A stretch of DNA of 64,000 nt from Dehalococcoidia bacterium (GCA_965220655.1 CBDCQO010000012.1:234441-298440); one strand, 5' to 3'. Positions 55,340 to 64,000 are shown, numbered from the stretch's first letter. Program-made: numbers and translations. The notes: generated by a model not told the origin, from the letters alone.

Positions 55340-55595
55340 AAAAAAAGACCCGCCCCATGAAGGGACGGGCCGTTAACCCGCGGTACCACCCTACTTCCCC
55401 GGCTCACGAAGGGCCGAGGCAGCTTTGCCTGCGCGGTAACGGCGCGCTCCGCTGGCCCTACTGTTGCTGTTCAGGCCAGCCGCTCGGGGACGAGTTCAGG
55501 GGGGCTTGTCCATCGCCAGTCTCGCACCAGAACGACCGGCTCTCTGAGATGCGCTTGCCCCGTACTACTTCCCTTCTCAGCGGAACGGATGTAAT
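55340..55595 (-). promoter_or_regulatory. T-box riboswitch leader (Leu, specifier CUC) with intrinsic terminator
   Basis: The minus strand reads UGAGA...AGUAGUA...AGAGAG...GGUGCGAG...GAA-CUC-G (codon 55494..55492), then the F-box CCGUUA and the T-box GUAGGGUGGUACCGCGG (55379..55395). The terminator is GGCCCGUCCC-UUCAU-GGGGCGGGUC followed by U7 (55340..55370). Confidence 0.85.
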
Positions 55596-55605
55596 AAGCG
55601 CGTAC

Positions 55606-55635
55606 ATTCTAGTACAACGTCTCACGTCGAGTCAA
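55606..55635 (-). promoter_or_regulatory. ilvB-operon promoter
   Basis: On the minus strand: TTGACT (55635..55630) - 18 nt - TAGAAT (55611..55606), just upstream of the T-box leader. Confidence 0.6.
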
Positions 55636-55697
55636 CTTTCAGGCGTGAGCGGTGCACAAGGGCGCATCGCGGCTCTGAACACGCTAGACTGTCCGCC

Positions 55698-56492
55698 ATG
55701 TTAGACCGCCTGGAAAGCGCCCTGGCGCGTGCACGGGACCAAGGACGCACCGCCCTGGTACCGTACGTCACGATAGGCTTCCCCTCGTTGGACGATACGT
55801 TCGCCATCGTTCCGGCTATCGAACAGGCGGGAGCGGACGCTCTCGAACTCGGGGTGCCGTACAGCGACCCGCTTGCGGACGGCCCCACGGTACAGGCCGC
55901 GAGCTACCGTGCGCTGACCGGCGGCGTGGACACCCACGTCTGCCTGGAAACTGCGCGCCGTCTCCGGGACGCCGGAGTGAGCCTGCCGTTCATCTTCATG
56001 GGCTACTACAACCCCATCCTGCGCTACGGCATCGCCGCATACGCCGCGGACTGTGCGGATGCGGGGGTGGACGCGCTCATCATCCCCGACCTGCCGCCGG
56101 ACGAGGCGGGCGAACTGCGTGAGGCGTTGGAGCAGCACGGCCTGGGCATCGTGAGTATGCTCGCGCCCACCAGCACCGAGGAACGCATCGTGCTCGGCTG
56201 TGAGCATGCGCGAGGGTTCGTCTACTGCGTCAGCGTCACCGGTGTGACGGGCGCTCGGAGCGACCTGCCGGACGACTTCCCGGAGTTCGTGACGCGGGTG
56301 CGGCGGCATACGGAGCTGCCCGTAGGGGTCGGCTTCGGCATCTCCGAGCGGCGGCACGTGGAGCGCGTGGGGAAGGTCGCGGACGTTGCGGTCGTTGGAA
56401 GCGCGCTCATCAACGTGATAGATTCCGCCCCGCCCGGCGAGGCGGCCTCCCGGGCTGGCGCGTTCGTACGGGAGCTTGCTGCGGCGCAGTGA
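55698..56492 (+). CDS. trpA: Tryptophan synthase alpha chain
   Basis: Track ORF of 264 aa. ELGVPYSDPLADGPTVQ, GFGIS. TAGACT lies 7 nt upstream of the ATG with no SD. Confidence 0.93.
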   Translation: MLDRLESALARARDQGRTALVPYVTIGFPSLDDTFAIVPAIEQAGADALELGVPYSDPLADGPTVQAASYRALTGGVDTHVCLETARRLRDAGVSLPFIFMGYYNPILRYGIAAYAADCADAGVDALIIPDLPPDEAGELREALEQHGLGIVSMLAPTSTEERIVLGCEHARGFVYCVSVTGVTGARSDLPDDFPEFVTRVRRHTELPVGVGFGISERRHVERVGKVADVAVVGSALINVIDSAPPGEAASRAGAFVRELAAAQ

Positions 56493-56553
56493 CGCTGGCG
56501 CAGATGCGTGCAGCCGTGTCGTTCCCGTCCGTGGAGTGAGTGGAGAGAACACC

Positions 56554-56919
56554 ATGCCGACCCTTGGACTGCGCGGCGCAACGACAGCCGACGCCAACAC
56601 GCCCGAGGCGATCCTCGACGCCACCGAGGAGCTGTTGCGCGAACTCGCGACAGCCAATGACCTTGTCGAGGAGGACGTAGGCGCGGTATTCTTTACCGTA
56701 ACCGCAGACCTCACCGCGGAGTTTCCGGCCAAAGCGGCGCGCTTGCGGCTGGGATGGGAGCAGACGGCGCTGATGGATAGCTGCGAGATTCCGGTGCCGG
56801 GTGCGCCGGAGTCCGTTATCCGGGTGCTTCTGCTCCTGAATACCGAGAAGCGGAAAGAGGACCTGCGGTACGTCTACCTGAAGGGCGCCCGTGACCTGCG
56901 GTCGCCCAGCAGCGGATGA
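56554..56919 (+). CDS. aroH: AroH-class (monofunctional) chorismate mutase
   Basis: ATG at 56554 with SD GGAGAG. LRGATTADANTPEAILDATEELL...DLTAEFPAKAAR...IRVLLL mirrors B. subtilis AroH as I recall it. Confidence 0.85.
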   Translation: MPTLGLRGATTADANTPEAILDATEELLRELATANDLVEEDVGAVFFTVTADLTAEFPAKAARLRLGWEQTALMDSCEIPVPGAPESVIRVLLLLNTEKRKEDLRYVYLKGARDLRSPSSG

Positions 56920-57105
56920 ACCGGCGGAGGGAGATGCGCACAACGCTCGCAACCGAGCCTCGCATCCGTGGCGTCCGGGCCCTCGACTGGACCCGGCGGT
57001 TCTTCCTGTTTACGCGGCGGGGCAGCGCCAGCTACAGCTATCGCTAGGCTCCGCGTTCGTTCTTCCGCCTTCCGCATCGTCAGAGTAAAGAAAGGGGATT
57101 GCGTC

Positions 57106-58167
57106 ATGGCGCGTTCCGTTAGCGACCTGCATATCAAATCGATAGAACCGCTCGCTCCGCCGGAGGAGCTCCAGCGCAGACTGCCACTCACGCCCGCGAT
57201 GGCCCAGACCGTCGCCGAAGGGCGGGACCAGGTGGAGCGCATCCTGACCGGCGAGGACTCCCGCCTGCTCGTCATCGCGGGCCCGTGCTCCATCCACGAC
57301 GAGAAGGCCGCGCTCGAGTACGCCGGCAGACTGGGCGAGCTCGCTGCGCGGATGAACGACTCGCTCTTCATCATCATGCGCGTCTATTTCGAGAAGCCGC
57401 GCACCAGCCTTGGCTGGAAGGGCCTCATCAACGACCCGAACCTCGACGGCTCATTCGACATCTCCAGCGGCCTCTACCGCGCCCGAAGGCTGCTCATGCA
57501 GCTGGCCGAGATGGGCGTACTGGCCGGGACCGAGTTCCTGGACCCCATCACACCCCAGTACCTCGCCGACCTGGTGTCGTGGGCCGCCATCGGTGCGCGC
57601 ACGACCGAGAGCCAGACGCACCGGGAGATGGCCAGCGGACTCAGCATGCCCGTCGGCTTCAAGAACGGCACGGACGGCAATTCCCAGATCGCCATCGACG
57701 CGATGAAGACGTCCCGCGCTCCGCATTCTTTTCTCGGGATAGACCGGCAGGGACGCACTTGCATCGTCAACACGAACGGCAACCCCTACGGTCACCTGAT
57801 CCTGCGAGGCGGCTCCGGCGGCCCCAACTACGCCGAAGCCAGCGTGCGGGACGTGCAGGCGAAACTGGAGACCGCAGGGTTGCCCCCGCGCATCATGGTC
57901 GACTGCTCTCACGCCAACTCGGAAAAAGACCATAACCGGCAGTCCATCGCCTTCCGGGACGTGGTCCGGCAGCGCCGCGCCGGCAACGACCTCATCGTCG
58001 GCCTCATGGCGGAGAGCCATCTCTTCGGCGGAAGGCAGGACCTCGGCGACGACCCGTCGCACCTCCAGTACGGCGTCTCGATCACGGACGCCTGCATGGA
58101 CTGGGAGGAGACCGCTGCGATGCTTATCGAGGCGCACGAGGCACTCGCTGTCGAGCCCGTCGCCTGA
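57106..58167 (+). CDS. Class I 3-deoxy-7-phosphoheptulonate (DAHP) synthase
   Basis: ATG at 57106 with SD AAAGGGGA. GPCSIHD, KPRTSLGWKGLINDP, GARTTESQTHREMASG, DCSHANS. Confidence 0.93.
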   Translation: MARSVSDLHIKSIEPLAPPEELQRRLPLTPAMAQTVAEGRDQVERILTGEDSRLLVIAGPCSIHDEKAALEYAGRLGELAARMNDSLFIIMRVYFEKPRTSLGWKGLINDPNLDGSFDISSGLYRARRLLMQLAEMGVLAGTEFLDPITPQYLADLVSWAAIGARTTESQTHREMASGLSMPVGFKNGTDGNSQIAIDAMKTSRAPHSFLGIDRQGRTCIVNTNGNPYGHLILRGGSGGPNYAEASVRDVQAKLETAGLPPRIMVDCSHANSEKDHNRQSIAFRDVVRQRRAGNDLIVGLMAESHLFGGRQDLGDDPSHLQYGVSITDACMDWEETAAMLIEAHEALAVEPVA

Positions 58168-58188
58168 CCCTCGGCATGGAGCGCCTTC

Positions 58189-59133
58189 GTGCCCGACCTC
58201 TGTGAGGAGCTGACTGCATACCGGCCTGACCGGCCGGCGGCTGTCGCGTTCGGCGTGTTCGACGGCGTGCACCTGGGGCATCAGCATGTGCTCGCCACGC
58301 TGGTCAGAGCGGCGGAGGAACGAGGGCTTGCGCCCGTGGCCGTCACGCTCTCGAACCATCCGCTCTCCGTGTTGCGCCCGGACGTTCAACTGCGGATGCT
58401 CACGCCGCTGGACGAGCGGATAAGGCTCCTCGCAGACTCGGGCGTCGAGGCAGTCGTTCCTGTCACGTTCACCAAGGAAGTGTCGCTGCTCACGCCGCGC
58501 GAGTTCATGACGACGCTGCGGGACTGCCTCGGCATGACTCACTTCGCCGCCGGGCCGGACGTGACGCTTGGCCACAACCGGGAGGGGACGCTCCCCGTGC
58601 TCACCGTGCTGGGGGACGAACTCGGCTACACGATGGAGTGCGTCGAGCAGTTCACGCTCGATGGGGAGCCCGCTCGCAGCACCGCAGTACGGCAGGCGCT
58701 GGAAACGGGCAACGTCGCCGACGCCGCGCGGATGCTGGGGCGTCCGTTCGCGCTGGAAGGCCCGGTCGTCGAGGGCGAGCACAGAGGCGGCGGGATGCTC
58801 GGCTACCCGACGGCCAACGTCGGCGTGGGGCCGCAGCAGGCGGTTCCTGCGGACGGCATCTACGCGGGATGGCTGCTGTATGGCACGGACCGGTTGCCCG
58901 CGGCCGTGAGCATCGGCCACAAGCCAACCTTCCACGAGGGTGGGCCGAGCGTCGTCGAGGCGTTCGTCCTCGATTTCGACGGTAACCTCTACGGCGAGCA
59001 GGTGAAGCTGGAGTTCGTCGAACACCTGCGCGGGCAGGAGAAGTTCGACGGCGCCGATGCGCTCATCGCCGCCATGCGCGATGACGTAGCCCGCACGAGG
59101 CATATCCTTGCACTCCCGCAGGAGGCGTCCTGA
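58189..59133 (+). CDS. ribF: Bifunctional riboflavin kinase / FAD synthetase
   Basis: GTG at 58189. GVFDGVHLGHQ, and the kinase domain GRPFALEGPVVEGEHRGG...GYPTAN...GIYA. Confidence 0.92.
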   Translation: MPDLCEELTAYRPDRPAAVAFGVFDGVHLGHQHVLATLVRAAEERGLAPVAVTLSNHPLSVLRPDVQLRMLTPLDERIRLLADSGVEAVVPVTFTKEVSLLTPREFMTTLRDCLGMTHFAAGPDVTLGHNREGTLPVLTVLGDELGYTMECVEQFTLDGEPARSTAVRQALETGNVADAARMLGRPFALEGPVVEGEHRGGGMLGYPTANVGVGPQQAVPADGIYAGWLLYGTDRLPAAVSIGHKPTFHEGGPSVVEAFVLDFDGNLYGEQVKLEFVEHLRGQEKFDGADALIAAMRDDVARTRHILALPQEAS

Positions 59134-59134
59134 T

Positions 59135-60370
59135 ATGCCCGCACTCGATCAGCAGACCATCGACCGCATCACGAAGCGCGGTGTCGCACAGATCATCCCG
59201 GAGGACGAGTTCATCCGCCGTCTGCAGGAGGGGAAGCCGCTCCGTCTCAAGATGGGGTTCGACCCCAGCAGACCGGACCTGCACCTCGGCCACTACGTCG
59301 GCCTCCGGAAACTGCGGCAACTGCAGGACCTCGGCCACGAGCTCGTCCTCATCGTTGGCGACTGGACGGCGCAGATCGGCGACCCGTCCGGCCAGTCCGA
59401 CACGCGCACGATGCTCAGCGCCGAGGACGTGCGCGAGAACGCCGAGACGTACATGCGCCAGTTCTTCAAGGTCGTGGACCCGGACAGGACGCGTGCCGTC
59501 TACCAGAGCGAATGGTTCGGGAAGTTCACCCTGACCGACGTCATACGGCTCACCGCGCACTTCACCGTCAACCAGTTCCTGCACCGCGACGACTTTGCCA
59601 CACGGTACGCCGGGCAGAGGCCCATCGCGGTCACCGAGATGCTCTACCCGTTGTTGCAGGCGTACGACTCCGTCGCCATCGAGTCCGACGTGGAGTTCGG
59701 CGGCACCGACCAGCTGTTCAACCTGCTCGTCGGGCGCGAACTGCAGGAGAAAGTGGGGCAGCGGCCCCAGCTCGTCTTCACGATGCCCATCCTTCCCGGC
59801 ACGGACGGCGTCCGGCGCATGGGCAAATCGCTCGGCAACTACATCGCTCTCGAGGACACCCCACGCGACATGTTCGGCAAGATCATGTCGCTGCCCGACG
59901 ACGTCATCGCGCTCTACTTCGAACTGCTGACCGACGTTCCCAACGAGGAACTCGACGCTATCCGCGCCGCGATGAACGGGCAGGGCAGCGCAAGCCCCAT
60001 GGACGTCAAGAAGCGCCTCGGGGAGGAGCTCACTGCGGTCTTCCATTCGCCCGGGGAAGCCACCGCCGCGCGCGAGGAGTTCGAGCGCGTCTTCCAGCGC
60101 CGCGAGACGCCCGAGGACATCCCGGAGGTCGCCGTCGACCTGACCGGGCCTGCCGTCGCCTCCCACGACGCCGACGGGTTCGAGGCCGACCTTTCGCACC
60201 TGCTGCCCGCGCTCAACATGGCCGCGAGCCGCAGCGAGGCCCGGCGACTGCTGCAACAGAACGCGGTGCAGATAGACGGCGAACGCCCCGGCGGGGAGCG
60301 CGTCCGGGTTCCCTACGGCGCGCTTATCCGGGTCGGCAGCCGGCGCTTCGCCCGGGTCGTGCGCGGCTAG
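59135..60370 (+). CDS. tyrS: Tyrosine--tRNA ligase
   Basis: ATG at 59135 with SD GGAGG, 1 nt after the ribF stop. HIGH-type HLGH, KMSKS-type RMGKS, C-terminal S4 domain. Confidence 0.93.
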   Translation: MPALDQQTIDRITKRGVAQIIPEDEFIRRLQEGKPLRLKMGFDPSRPDLHLGHYVGLRKLRQLQDLGHELVLIVGDWTAQIGDPSGQSDTRTMLSAEDVRENAETYMRQFFKVVDPDRTRAVYQSEWFGKFTLTDVIRLTAHFTVNQFLHRDDFATRYAGQRPIAVTEMLYPLLQAYDSVAIESDVEFGGTDQLFNLLVGRELQEKVGQRPQLVFTMPILPGTDGVRRMGKSLGNYIALEDTPRDMFGKIMSLPDDVIALYFELLTDVPNEELDAIRAAMNGQGSASPMDVKKRLGEELTAVFHSPGEATAAREEFERVFQRRETPEDIPEVAVDLTGPAVASHDADGFEADLSHLLPALNMAASRSEARRLLQQNAVQIDGERPGGERVRVPYGALIRVGSRRFARVVRG

Positions 60371-60386
60371 CCTGTGTCCGCTGTTC

Positions 60387-61124
60387 CTACTGCGCTCTGG
60401 CCATCGCTGAGAGCGCCATCTCTTTCCCACCGATGACGTGCGGCAGGACAACCTCGTCGGCACCCGCGCGGCGCAGCTTCTCCGCCGCGTCGGGACGGGA
60501 GGCCCGCGCCACGATGTACAGGTCAGGGTTGAGCCCTCGCGCCGTCAGCACCACGTAGACGTTCTGGCCGTCGTCGCCCGTGGCCGCGACAAGGCCGCGC
60601 GCGTCCCTGACGTGAGCGGCCAGCAGGTTCTCGTCCTCTGCCGAATCGCCGTGCACCCACAGCATGCCGAGTTCCTCGGCTACGGTCAGCGCCTCCGCAT
60701 TCCTGTCGACCACGATAAGCCCCGCCGACTGCTCCTGGAGCGTGGCGGCTACCGCCCTGCCGACGCGTCCGAAGCCGCACACGATGTAATGGCCGTTGAG
60801 TTTCTCCATACGCCTTCTCATTCTGCGCCTCCACACCAGGCTTCGCAGCAGTTCCTGCGACACGATCAGGTGTACGGCGCTCGTCAGGATGTAGAGCATG
60901 ACGCCGACGCCGGCAACCATGAGGAACATGGTGAAGACACGCCCGGTAGTCGAGAGCGGGTGCACTTCCTCGTAACCGACGGTCGTGAAGGTGATGACGG
61001 TCATGTAGGCAGCGTCGAGGAGCGACCATCCCTCGAGCACCATGTACCCCGCGATGGCGATCCCCACGAGGACTGCCAGCGCGAGCAGGCTCCTGGCCAA
61101 CTGCGTCTCGAACAGGCGCAACAC
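60387..61124 (-). CDS. 2-TM potassium-channel-like protein with RCK/TrkA-N domain; variant filter TVGYE
   Basis: Track ORF of 245 aa with a GTG start. Pore-helix and filter sequence AAYMTVITFTTVGYEEV; I checked the codons tac gag gaa at 60974..60966 on the DNA. Rossmann GHYIVCGFGRVG. Confidence 0.85.
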   Translation of the reverse strand: MLRLFETQLARSLLALAVLVGIAIAGYMVLEGWSLLDAAYMTVITFTTVGYEEVHPLSTTGRVFTMFLMVAGVGVMLYILTSAVHLIVSQELLRSLVWRRRMRRRMEKLNGHYIVCGFGRVGRAVAATLQEQSAGLIVVDRNAEALTVAEELGMLWVHGDSAEDENLLAAHVRDARGLVAATGDDGQNVYVVLTARGLNPDLYIVARASRPDAAEKLRRAGADEVVLPHVIGGKEMALSAMARAQ

Positions 61125-61152
61125 CTTCAGCTACCTCGGGTGAAACATACCG

Positions 61153-63783
61153 CTACAGCGGGCCGAACCGCCGCACGACCAGCTTCCCGGTGATGGTCGT
61201 CACGGCGAAGCCCACCAGCAGCCCCGCCAGCAGGATACCCCACTGTTCCAGACCCAACGGCACCGTGTCGAACGCCGCGCTGCCTATGGGCGTGTAGAGG
61301 ATGACGGCCTGCATGAGCAGGCTCACGCTTACCGCCGCCCACAGCCACTTGTTCGTGCAGATGGGCATCCCCTCCTGGACGCGGATGACCAACAACCGCA
61401 GGTACTCCTGCACGACGAAGCCGGTGAAGGTCATCGTCCGGGCTGTCTCCAGGTCCCACAGGCGCAGCCCGACGAAGAACGTGGCGATGAGGATGATCGT
61501 CATGACCACGCCGACACTGCCCACGAGCGCGGCCATCGAGCGCCCCAGCACCGCGCCGTGACGCGGCGGCTCGCGCATCGCTCCCTGCGGCGCCGGGTCG
61601 GACGCCAGCGCTACCGCAGGCCCGGAGTCCGTCACGAGGTTGATCCACAGGATCTGCACGGCGGTCACCGGCAGGTAGCCGAACACGGTGGCCACCAGGA
61701 TGACAAGCACCTCGGCGAGGTTGCCCGTGAGCATGTAGTTCACGAACTTCTTGATGTTCCGGAATATCCGGCGTCCTTCCTCGACGGCGGCGACGATGGT
61801 CGCGAGGTTGTCGTCGAGGAGGACCATGTCCGACGTGTCGCGGGCGACGTCCGTGCCCTTGATGCCCATCGCGACCCCTACGTCCGCGTTGTGCAGGGCA
61901 GGGGCGTCGTTCACGCCGTCGCCCGTCATCAGCACGACGTCGTGGTCTTCCTTGAGGGTCCGCAGGATCAGCACCTTGTGGCGAGGCTCCGCTCTTGCGA
62001 AGATGCTCGTCTCGCCGATGACGCGCTTGAGCTCCGCGTCGTCCAGCCCGTCGAGCTCCTTCGCTTCGATGGCCTCTCCGTCCAGCCCCACTTCCCGGCC
62101 TATCGCCGCCGCGGTGAGGCTGTTGTCGCCCGTGATCATCACGACGCGGATACCGGCCCGGTGCGCCGCCTCGATGGCGTGCGTGGCCTCCGGCCTCGGC
62201 GGGTCGCTCATCGCTCCCAGCGCCGCGAACGTCAGCCCCTCCTCGGCCATCGGGGCGTTGGCGGGCTGCTCCTTGTACGCGAGCGCCAGCACCCGCAGCG
62301 CCTGTCCCGCCAGCCCGACGTTCTGCTCCAGCAGCGCGTTGCGCTCCTCCTCGCTCAGCGGCGACACGCCGTCCGGCGTCCGGATGCTCGTGCAGAGCGG
62401 GAGCACCGCCTCCAGCGCGCCCTTCGTCAGCAGCAGACCGTCGGCTGCTATGGGGTGCTGGACGGCCACCGACATCATCCGCCGTTCAGACGTGAACGGG
62501 ACCTCGCCTGTCCGCTCGTACTCCTCCAGCGGCGCTCCCGCGCGCTCAGCGAACTCCAGCAGCGCCGTCTCCGTAGGGTCTCCCACGTAGCCGTACTCGG
62601 GGTGCCGGTGCGCGTTGTTGCACAGGCCCGCGATCAGCAGCGACACCGCCAGTGGTTCTCGGTGCGTACCGGGGGTGACGTCGTACGCGTCCACCTCCTC
62701 GGTAAGCGTCGCCACGCGCCGCATCGTCATGCGGCCTTCCGTGACGGTGCCCGTCTTGTCGGTGCAGATGACCTCCGCCGCGCCGACGATCTCCACGACC
62801 GGCAGCGAGCGCACGAGCGCCTTGCGCTCCAGCATCCGCCGCGTGCCGAACGCGAGCGCGAGCGTGAGGACGACCGGCAGTCCCTCCGGCACAGCCGCGA
62901 CCGCAAGGGCGACTGCGGTGATGAACGTTTCGAGCAGGCTCAGGTCCCCGGTCACCAGTTGCAGCACCACGACGATGCCGATGAGCACCGCGACGGCCCA
63001 GCCGATCCGCGCCGCGAGGCGGCTGATCTCGCGCTGGAAGACGGTCGGCTCGCTCTCCGTCGTCTGCACCTCCGCCGCGATGCCGCCGACCTCCGTCTGC
63101 ATGCCGGTACGGGTTATCAGCATCCGCCCCCGTCCGCGCATCACGACCGTGCCGCTGTACGCCATGCAGAACCGCTCGGCCAGCGACGCGTCGGCGGAGA
63201 CCGGCTGCGTGCTCTTGCGAACGGGCAGACTCTCGCCGGTGAGCGCCGCTTCGTCGACGCTCAGGTCGATGCTGCTGATGACCCGTCCGTCTGCGGGGAT
63301 GCGCGAACCTTCTTCCAGCAGCACGATGTCTCCCGGAACGAGCACCTTGGCGTCCATCTGCTCCGCGACGCCGTCGCGGAGCACCGTCGCGGAAGGAGCG
63401 GCCAGGCGGTTCAGTGCCTCGATACCCCGGCTCGCGCGGTAGTTCTGCGTGAAGCCGAGGCAGGCATTCAGCACCACGATGAGCGCGATGAGCCCGGCGT
63501 CTATGTAGTGGTCGGACTCCTCCGCGATGAGCGCGACGCCTACCAGCACTGCCGCCGCGCCGATCAGCACCAGCACGAGCGGACTGCGGAACTCATCCAG
63601 CAGCAGCTTGAGCGCGGAGACGGGGGGAGCGCCGATCAGCTGGTTCGGCCCGTACGTGACGAGGCGTGTGGCTGCCTCGGCGGAGGACAGCCCGGAGACC
63701 GACGATGAAAGGTCTTCGAGGGCATCTTCGACGGACGAACTGTGCCAGGATGCCGGGGTCGTGTCCTCGACGGGAGCCTGCAT
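61153..63783 (-). CDS. P2-type cation-transporting ATPase (Ca2+/Mg2+-type)
   Basis: Track ORF of 876 aa. [26 protein letters not shown], 10-TM layout. TATACT lies 7 nt upstream of the ATG with no SD. Confidence 0.92.
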   Translation of the reverse strand: MQAPVEDTTPASWHSSSVEDALEDLSSSVSGLSSAEAATRLVTYGPNQLIGAPPVSALKLLLDEFRSPLVLVLIGAAAVLVGVALIAEESDHYIDAGLIALIVVLNACLGFTQNYRASRGIEALNRLAAPSATVLRDGVAEQMDAKVLVPGDIVLLEEGSRIPADGRVISSIDLSVDEAALTGESLPVRKSTQPVSADASLAERFCMAYSGTVVMRGRGRMLITRTGMQTEVGGIAAEVQTTESEPTVFQREISRLAARIGWAVAVLIGIVVVLQLVTGDLSLLETFITAVALAVAAVPEGLPVVLTLALAFGTRRMLERKALVRSLPVVEIVGAAEVICTDKTGTVTEGRMTMRRVATLTEEVDAYDVTPGTHREPLAVSLLIAGLCNNAHRHPEYGYVGDPTETALLEFAERAGAPLEEYERTGEVPFTSERRMMSVAVQHPIAADGLLLTKGALEAVLPLCTSIRTPDGVSPLSEEERNALLEQNVGLAGQALRVLALAYKEQPANAPMAEEGLTFAALGAMSDPPRPEATHAIEAAHRAGIRVVMITGDNSLTAAAIGREVGLDGEAIEAKELDGLDDAELKRVIGETSIFARAEPRHKVLILRTLKEDHDVVLMTGDGVNDAPALHNADVGVAMGIKGTDVARDTSDMVLLDDNLATIVAAVEEGRRIFRNIKKFVNYMLTGNLAEVLVILVATVFGYLPVTAVQILWINLVTDSGPAVALASDPAPQGAMREPPRHGAVLGRSMAALVGSVGVVMTIILIATFFVGLRLWDLETARTMTFTGFVVQEYLRLLVIRVQEGMPICTNKWLWAAVSVSLLMQAVILYTPIGSAAFDTVPLGLEQWGILLAGLLVGFAVTTITGKLVVRRFGPL

Positions 63784-63941
63784 GCAGGGGAGTATAACCG
63801 TGCGCCGTGGGGTAGTGTTGACGGCTCATTAACGCGTGCACCGAAGTGCCTCCGGAACGCCGGACGACGCGGCGTGGTCGCGCGGTCGGTTGACCTGCCG
63901 CCCGGCGCTTGGCACACTCGCGGCTGCCCGGCAACACGGCC

Positions 63942-64000
63942 ATGGAGGGATCCTTGCGTATCGGCGTGCCCGACCTCGTCTCGAACTCGTACTTCCCCGC
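63942..64000 (+). CDS. 5' end of an unidentified gene (partial)
   Basis: The ATG at 63942 opens MEGSLRIGVPDLVSNSYFP, which runs off the window. TTGACC (63890) - 17 nt - CACACT lies upstream. Too short to name. Confidence 0.35.
   Translation, partial: MEGSLRIGVPDLVSNSYFP

Overview
This is a GC-rich, densely coding bacterial chromosomal window. Hand counts give about 40/60 G+C in ordinary coding stretches. It is mostly core metabolism and replication. The signals point to a Chloroflexota/Thermomicrobia-like or other monoderm-type organism, but that is inference only. Those signals are a T-box leader, an AGAAC-N4-GTTCT LexA box, DnaD/DnaC-type loader genes after rplI-dnaB, and strong GGAGG Shine-Dalgarno (SD) sites. 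Gene order follows. nuoB-C-D-H-I-J-K(-L) lies on the minus strand with no nuoA/E/F/G. Then come a translin-like gene, a membrane pyrophosphatase and an atypical SDR. A ~1.1-kb low-GC single-gene island follows, encoding a CoiA-like nuclease core plus Cys-rich zinc ribbons. Next are RidA, a Moco oxidoreductase, dcd and ribD-E-BA-H, where ribBA has an apparent 1-nt frameshift. Then come yqeY-purQ-[two half-size EamA genes]-purL and rplI-dnaB-dnaD-like-tandem-AAA+ dnaC-like. HIT and crcB follow, with crcB inside a repeat-dense spacer. Next are an amidohydrolase, a PPIase, tyrA with two orphan peptide-ABC permeases, and a GldA/F/G-like ABC module with DUF4340. Then ferredoxin, Lrp, YHS and copA, the htpX operon, an aminotransferase, GNAT, lexA and rpsT. 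A ~350-bp structured non-coding region follows, then DUF4166 and two tauE genes. A T-box (Leu CUC) controls ilvBNC-leuA-[degenerate vapBC-like cassette]-leuCDB. The window ends with trpA-aroH-DAHP synthase-ribF-tyrS, a K+ channel and a P-type ATPase. I saw no rRNA, tRNA, CRISPR array or transposase. Three families of short dispersed palindromic repeats occur in intergenic spacers. The most unusual items are the dnaD-like plus covalently duplicated DnaC-like loader, the low-GC nuclease/zinc-ribbon island, the decayed AbrB-PIN cassette splitting the leu operon, and the structured spacer at 43.84-44.19 kb. I cannot show that any of them is a new multi-gene system. All family calls come from reading the translations, not from searches.
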